DNA of 64,000 nucleotides from an uncultured Planctomycetota bacterium (GTDB lineage Bacteria; Planctomycetota; Planctomycetia; Gemmatales; Gemmataceae): NCBI GenBank assembly GCA_963849325.1, contig CAWKHF010000009.1, positions 32,001 to 96,000 of the forward strand, read 5' to 3'. Shown piece by piece: positions 61,001 to 64,000 of this stretch (position 1 is its first letter; each line of letters starts with the position of its first letter). The notes under the pieces were generated by a model. It saw only the letters and a program-made list of their open reading frames with translations, ran no database searches and was not told where the DNA came from. The position numbers and the translations under genes were made by a program.

Positions 61001-61969
61001 TCACGGCAGCAAGACCTTGACCCGCCCCTGGGTTTGGGCGTCCTGGCGCAACTGCTGAAGGACCGTCTGCTGCATCTCCTCGATGCACAGCTGGCGAACT
61101 TCTTCCTTGATCTTGGCGAAGTCGGACGGCTGGCCGGCCTTGCGGTCGGTGAGCAGCAGAAGATGCACGCCCATCTCCGTATCGATCGGGTCGCTCATCT
61201 GCATGCGCTGCAGGGCGAAGGCGGTTCGCAGGATGTTCTCGGGCAAGATGCCCTTGACGTGCGGGAACCAGTCGAGGTCGCCGCCCTCGTTCTTCGTCGG
61301 TCCCTGCGAGAACTGCCGGGCCGCCTCGGCGAAGTCCTTCGACAGCTCCTTGCTTTGTTCCAGCCGGGCACGCAGCTCCATCAATTGCGTCTTCGCCCGC
61401 GCCCTCTCGGCATCGCCGCCCTGTGGCGCGATGCGCAGCATGATCTCGCTAACGCGCACGAGGACTTTGTCGAACATGTCCTTGTGTTCCTGGTAATACT
61501 TCTCGATGTCCGGATCGCTGATGCGCTGGCGGGCGTAGGCGTTCCACTGGAGCGTGGCCAGGGCGTTCGCCTTGACTTGCTCCTCCGTCTGGTTCATGTC
61601 GCGGCAAAAGTCGGCCAGCGTCTTGTTCTGCATCTTGAGTCCGGCCGCCAGGTCGTGCAGGTGGGCTTGAAGTTCCTTGGGATCGATCACCGGCGCGTTC
61701 TGCTTGAGGAACTGTCGCAGCAGCGCCTCGTTGATGAGCGCGTCCAGGGCGAAGCGCTGTTGCTGTTTGCGCACCGCTTCGGGCACGGCCACCGGCATGG
61801 GGCCGGCCTGCTTGAGCATGGCTTCCAGCTCGGCCATCGGGATGGCTTCGCCGTTGACGATGGCCGCCGGCTGGCCGCTACCCGGCGCCTGTCCCCACGC
61901 GCCCCCCGCGGCGCAGAGGAGCACCAGCGCGCCCGACACCCCCGCGACTATCCACTTTCGCCCTCTCAT
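61001..61969 (-). CDS. Secreted parvulin-type peptidyl-prolyl isomerase (SurA/PrsA-like foldase)
   Basis: Signal peptide; AIVNGEAI; VRVSEI; FAEAARQFSQGPTKNEGGDLDWF; SDPIDTEMGVHLL; AGGAGG RBS. Confidence 0.9.
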   Translation of the reverse strand: MRGRKWIVAGVSGALVLLCAAGGAWGQAPGSGQPAAIVNGEAIPMAELEAMLKQAGPMPVAVPEAVRKQQQRFALDALINEALLRQFLKQNAPVIDPKELQAHLHDLAAGLKMQNKTLADFCRDMNQTEEQVKANALATLQWNAYARQRISDPDIEKYYQEHKDMFDKVLVRVSEIMLRIAPQGGDAERARAKTQLMELRARLEQSKELSKDFAEAARQFSQGPTKNEGGDLDWFPHVKGILPENILRTAFALQRMQMSDPIDTEMGVHLLLLTDRKAGQPSDFAKIKEEVRQLCIEEMQQTVLQQLRQDAQTQGRVKVLLP

Positions 61970-62138
61970 CCGTACCTCCTGTTTGGCCGAGTTCGGCCGT
62001 CGAGAATGAAATCTTTGGCGGCGACTTATAGCGATCCTCCTCCCGGGAGGCGAGAGCAGTTTTTTTCTTTCTCCGCCGTCAAACGGCGTTACCATGAGGG
62101 GACGGCAGAAGGGTTCCGTTTTCTGGAGGGACTGACAC

Positions 62139-63449
62139 ATGGACCGGGGCCATTTATCGCGGCGGGGATTCATGCAGCGTTCGCTGACGGCGATGGCCGC
62201 GGCGGGACTGCCGATGTGGTACGCGCGGGAGACCTTCGCCGCCGAGGAGGAGAAAGAGGCGGCGGCGAAGAAAAAGGTGACGGCCAACGACCGCATCGTA
62301 ATGGGCGCCATCGGCTGCGGCGGCCGGGGACGCGCCATTCTCAACGACGCCCGCCGCCAAAAGGGCGTCGAGGTTGTCGCCGTCTGCGATGTCGATGCCA
62401 GGCACCGCAAGGACACCGCTCAGCAGGTCGGCAAAGATTGCAAGGACTACGAGGACTTTCGCCAACTGCTCGACCGTGAGGACATCAACGCCGTCACCAT
62501 CGGCACTCCCGACCACTGGCACACGCTCATCGCCCTCTACGCTCTGCGCAAGGGCAAGGACGTCTACTGCGAGAAGCCGTTGACCCTGACCATCCAGGAG
62601 GGCCAGGTGCTGGTTGAAGTGGCGAAGCAAACGGGACGTATCTTCCAGGTCGGTACGCAGCAGCGCTCCAACGCCACGTTCCGGTTGGCCTGCGAACTAG
62701 TGCGCAACGGCCGGCTCGGCAAGCTCCGCCGCGTCGAGACGCTGATCGGCGCCAACCCTCGCGGCGGTCCATTCAAGGAAGAGGAGCCGCCCGGGGAGTT
62801 GAACTGGGATTTCTGGCAGGGACAAACCGGCCCGGTACACTACGTCAAGCAGCGCTGTCATCACGACTTCCGCTGGTGGTACGAATACTCCGGCGGCAAA
62901 ATGACCGATTGGGGCGCTCATCACAACGACATCGCCCAGTGGGCCTTGGGCATGGACGGCAGTGGGCCGGTCGCGGTCGAGGCCATCGGCGAACCGCCGC
63001 CGACCGACGGCAAGAGCTACAACTGCCATCCGAATTTCACCATTTTCTACCAGTACGCCAAGGACGTGCAGCTGGTCTGCTCCTGCCTGGAGAACGGCGT
63101 GCGCTTTCGCGGCGATCCGGGCAAGACCTTGTTCGTCAGCCGCAACAAGGCCGAGTTCAAGGCCAGCGATCCGAAGATCATCGCGGAGCCGCTCGGCAAG
63201 GACGCGGTGCGCCTCTATGCGTCCAGCAACCACATGGGCAACTTCATCGAGTGCGTGCGCAGCCGTAAACCCCCCGTCTGTCCGGCGGAGGTCGGCCATC
63301 GCTCGGTGAGCGTCTGCCACCTCGGCGTCATCGCCCTGCGCACCGGCAAACGTCTCAAGTGGGATCCGGCCAAGGAACGCTTCGACGACGACGAGGCCAA
63401 CAAGATGCTGAGCCGGCCCCTGCGTGCGCCGTGGAAACTGGAAGCGTAG
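62139..63449 (+). CDS. Tat-exported Gfo/Idh/MocA oxidoreductase
   Basis: SRRGFM twin-arginine motif; [37 protein letters not shown]. Confidence 0.93.
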   Translation: MDRGHLSRRGFMQRSLTAMAAAGLPMWYARETFAAEEEKEAAAKKKVTANDRIVMGAIGCGGRGRAILNDARRQKGVEVVAVCDVDARHRKDTAQQVGKDCKDYEDFRQLLDREDINAVTIGTPDHWHTLIALYALRKGKDVYCEKPLTLTIQEGQVLVEVAKQTGRIFQVGTQQRSNATFRLACELVRNGRLGKLRRVETLIGANPRGGPFKEEEPPGELNWDFWQGQTGPVHYVKQRCHHDFRWWYEYSGGKMTDWGAHHNDIAQWALGMDGSGPVAVEAIGEPPPTDGKSYNCHPNFTIFYQYAKDVQLVCSCLENGVRFRGDPGKTLFVSRNKAEFKASDPKIIAEPLGKDAVRLYASSNHMGNFIECVRSRKPPVCPAEVGHRSVSVCHLGVIALRTGKRLKWDPAKERFDDDEANKMLSRPLRAPWKLEA

Positions 63450-63493
63450 AATGCGAAGTCCGCTTGCGGCCTGGCGCTGAGGTCGAGACGGCG

Positions 63494-64000
63494 ATGAACA
63501 CCCGGCGAGCCGTGTGGACCGACCTGAGCGATGCGCAGCTGCTGGCGCAGTGCGCGGTGGACACTTACCGCGCCAGCGGTCCCGGTGGGCAGAAGCGCAA
63601 CAAGACCAGCTCGGCGGTGCGGCTGCGCCATCCGCCCAGCGGTCTGCTCGTCATCGCCGAGGAGAGCCGTTCGCAGCACGAAAACCGGGCCCGCGCCCTC
63701 CGCCGTCTGCGTCAGGCGCGATATCTTAAAGTGCGGGATGAACTGCCGCCGGAGACGCGGACGCCGGTGAGCCTGGCGGCGCGGCCGGACTTCGGCCCGG
63801 CCCGCGACGGCGACGGCCGACTGCACCTGGGACGCAAGGATCCGCGCTTCTGGCCCGCCGTCGGCGTCGTCCTCGACGTGCTGCTGGCCGTCGCCGCCCG
63901 CGTCGGCGAGGCCGCCGAGGTACTGGGCACCTCGACCGGCAACCTGATCGACTTCCTGCATCGCGACGACAAGGTATGGGAGCAGGCCAATCAGTTGCGT
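63494..64000 (+). CDS. Peptide chain release factor-like (GGQ) protein with C-terminal extension; runs off the window end
   Basis: Not in the ORF track. [50 protein letters not shown]...[10 protein letters not shown]...[16 protein letters not shown]. Confidence 0.85.
   Translation, partial: MNTRRAVWTDLSDAQLLAQCAVDTYRASGPGGQKRNKTSSAVRLRHPPSGLLVIAEESRSQHENRARALRRLRQARYLKVRDELPPETRTPVSLAARPDFGPARDGDGRLHLGRKDPRFWPAVGVVLDVLLAVAARVGEAAEVLGTSTGNLIDFLHRDDKVWEQANQLR

Overview
High-GC bacterial chromosomal window, very probably from a Gemmataceae-like Planctomycete. Evidence for that placement: two DUF1559 proteins, a TIGR02996-LRR protein, four Uma2 nucleases, a PQQ-like propeller protein, tetrahydromethanopterin biosynthesis genes and a Tat-exported Gfo/Idh/MocA protein. 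The backbone is housekeeping (htrA-like protease, MATE, folC, fadD-like ligase, ppdK, arfB, carB, mog, pxpA/pxpC, mptG, def-fmt-rsmB, miaB, glnE). About 20 genes are split by 1-2 nt indels that look like long-read errors. By manual reading most of these fall at or next to GCGC, which hints at host GCGC methylation. I found no rRNA, tRNA, CRISPR array, integrase or transposase. Best candidates for undescribed biology: (1) a tandem run of four secreted paralogues combining HEAT/alpha-solenoid modules with a C-terminal beta-propeller, behind a foldase and punctuated by long hairpins (52085-61969); (2) an uncharacterised wHTH-like protein plus large P-loop ATPase pair (8988-12059); (3) a translationally coupled His-rich toxin-like / immunity-like pair in a small accessory islet (27816-28711); (4) a signal-peptide-bearing two-domain truncated haemoglobin; (5) at least eight families of palindromic repeats, some of which have entered coding sequence (carB, glnE), supply stop codons, or mark the junction of a tandem Uma2 duplication. 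All family assignments come from motif recognition by eye, not from database searches.
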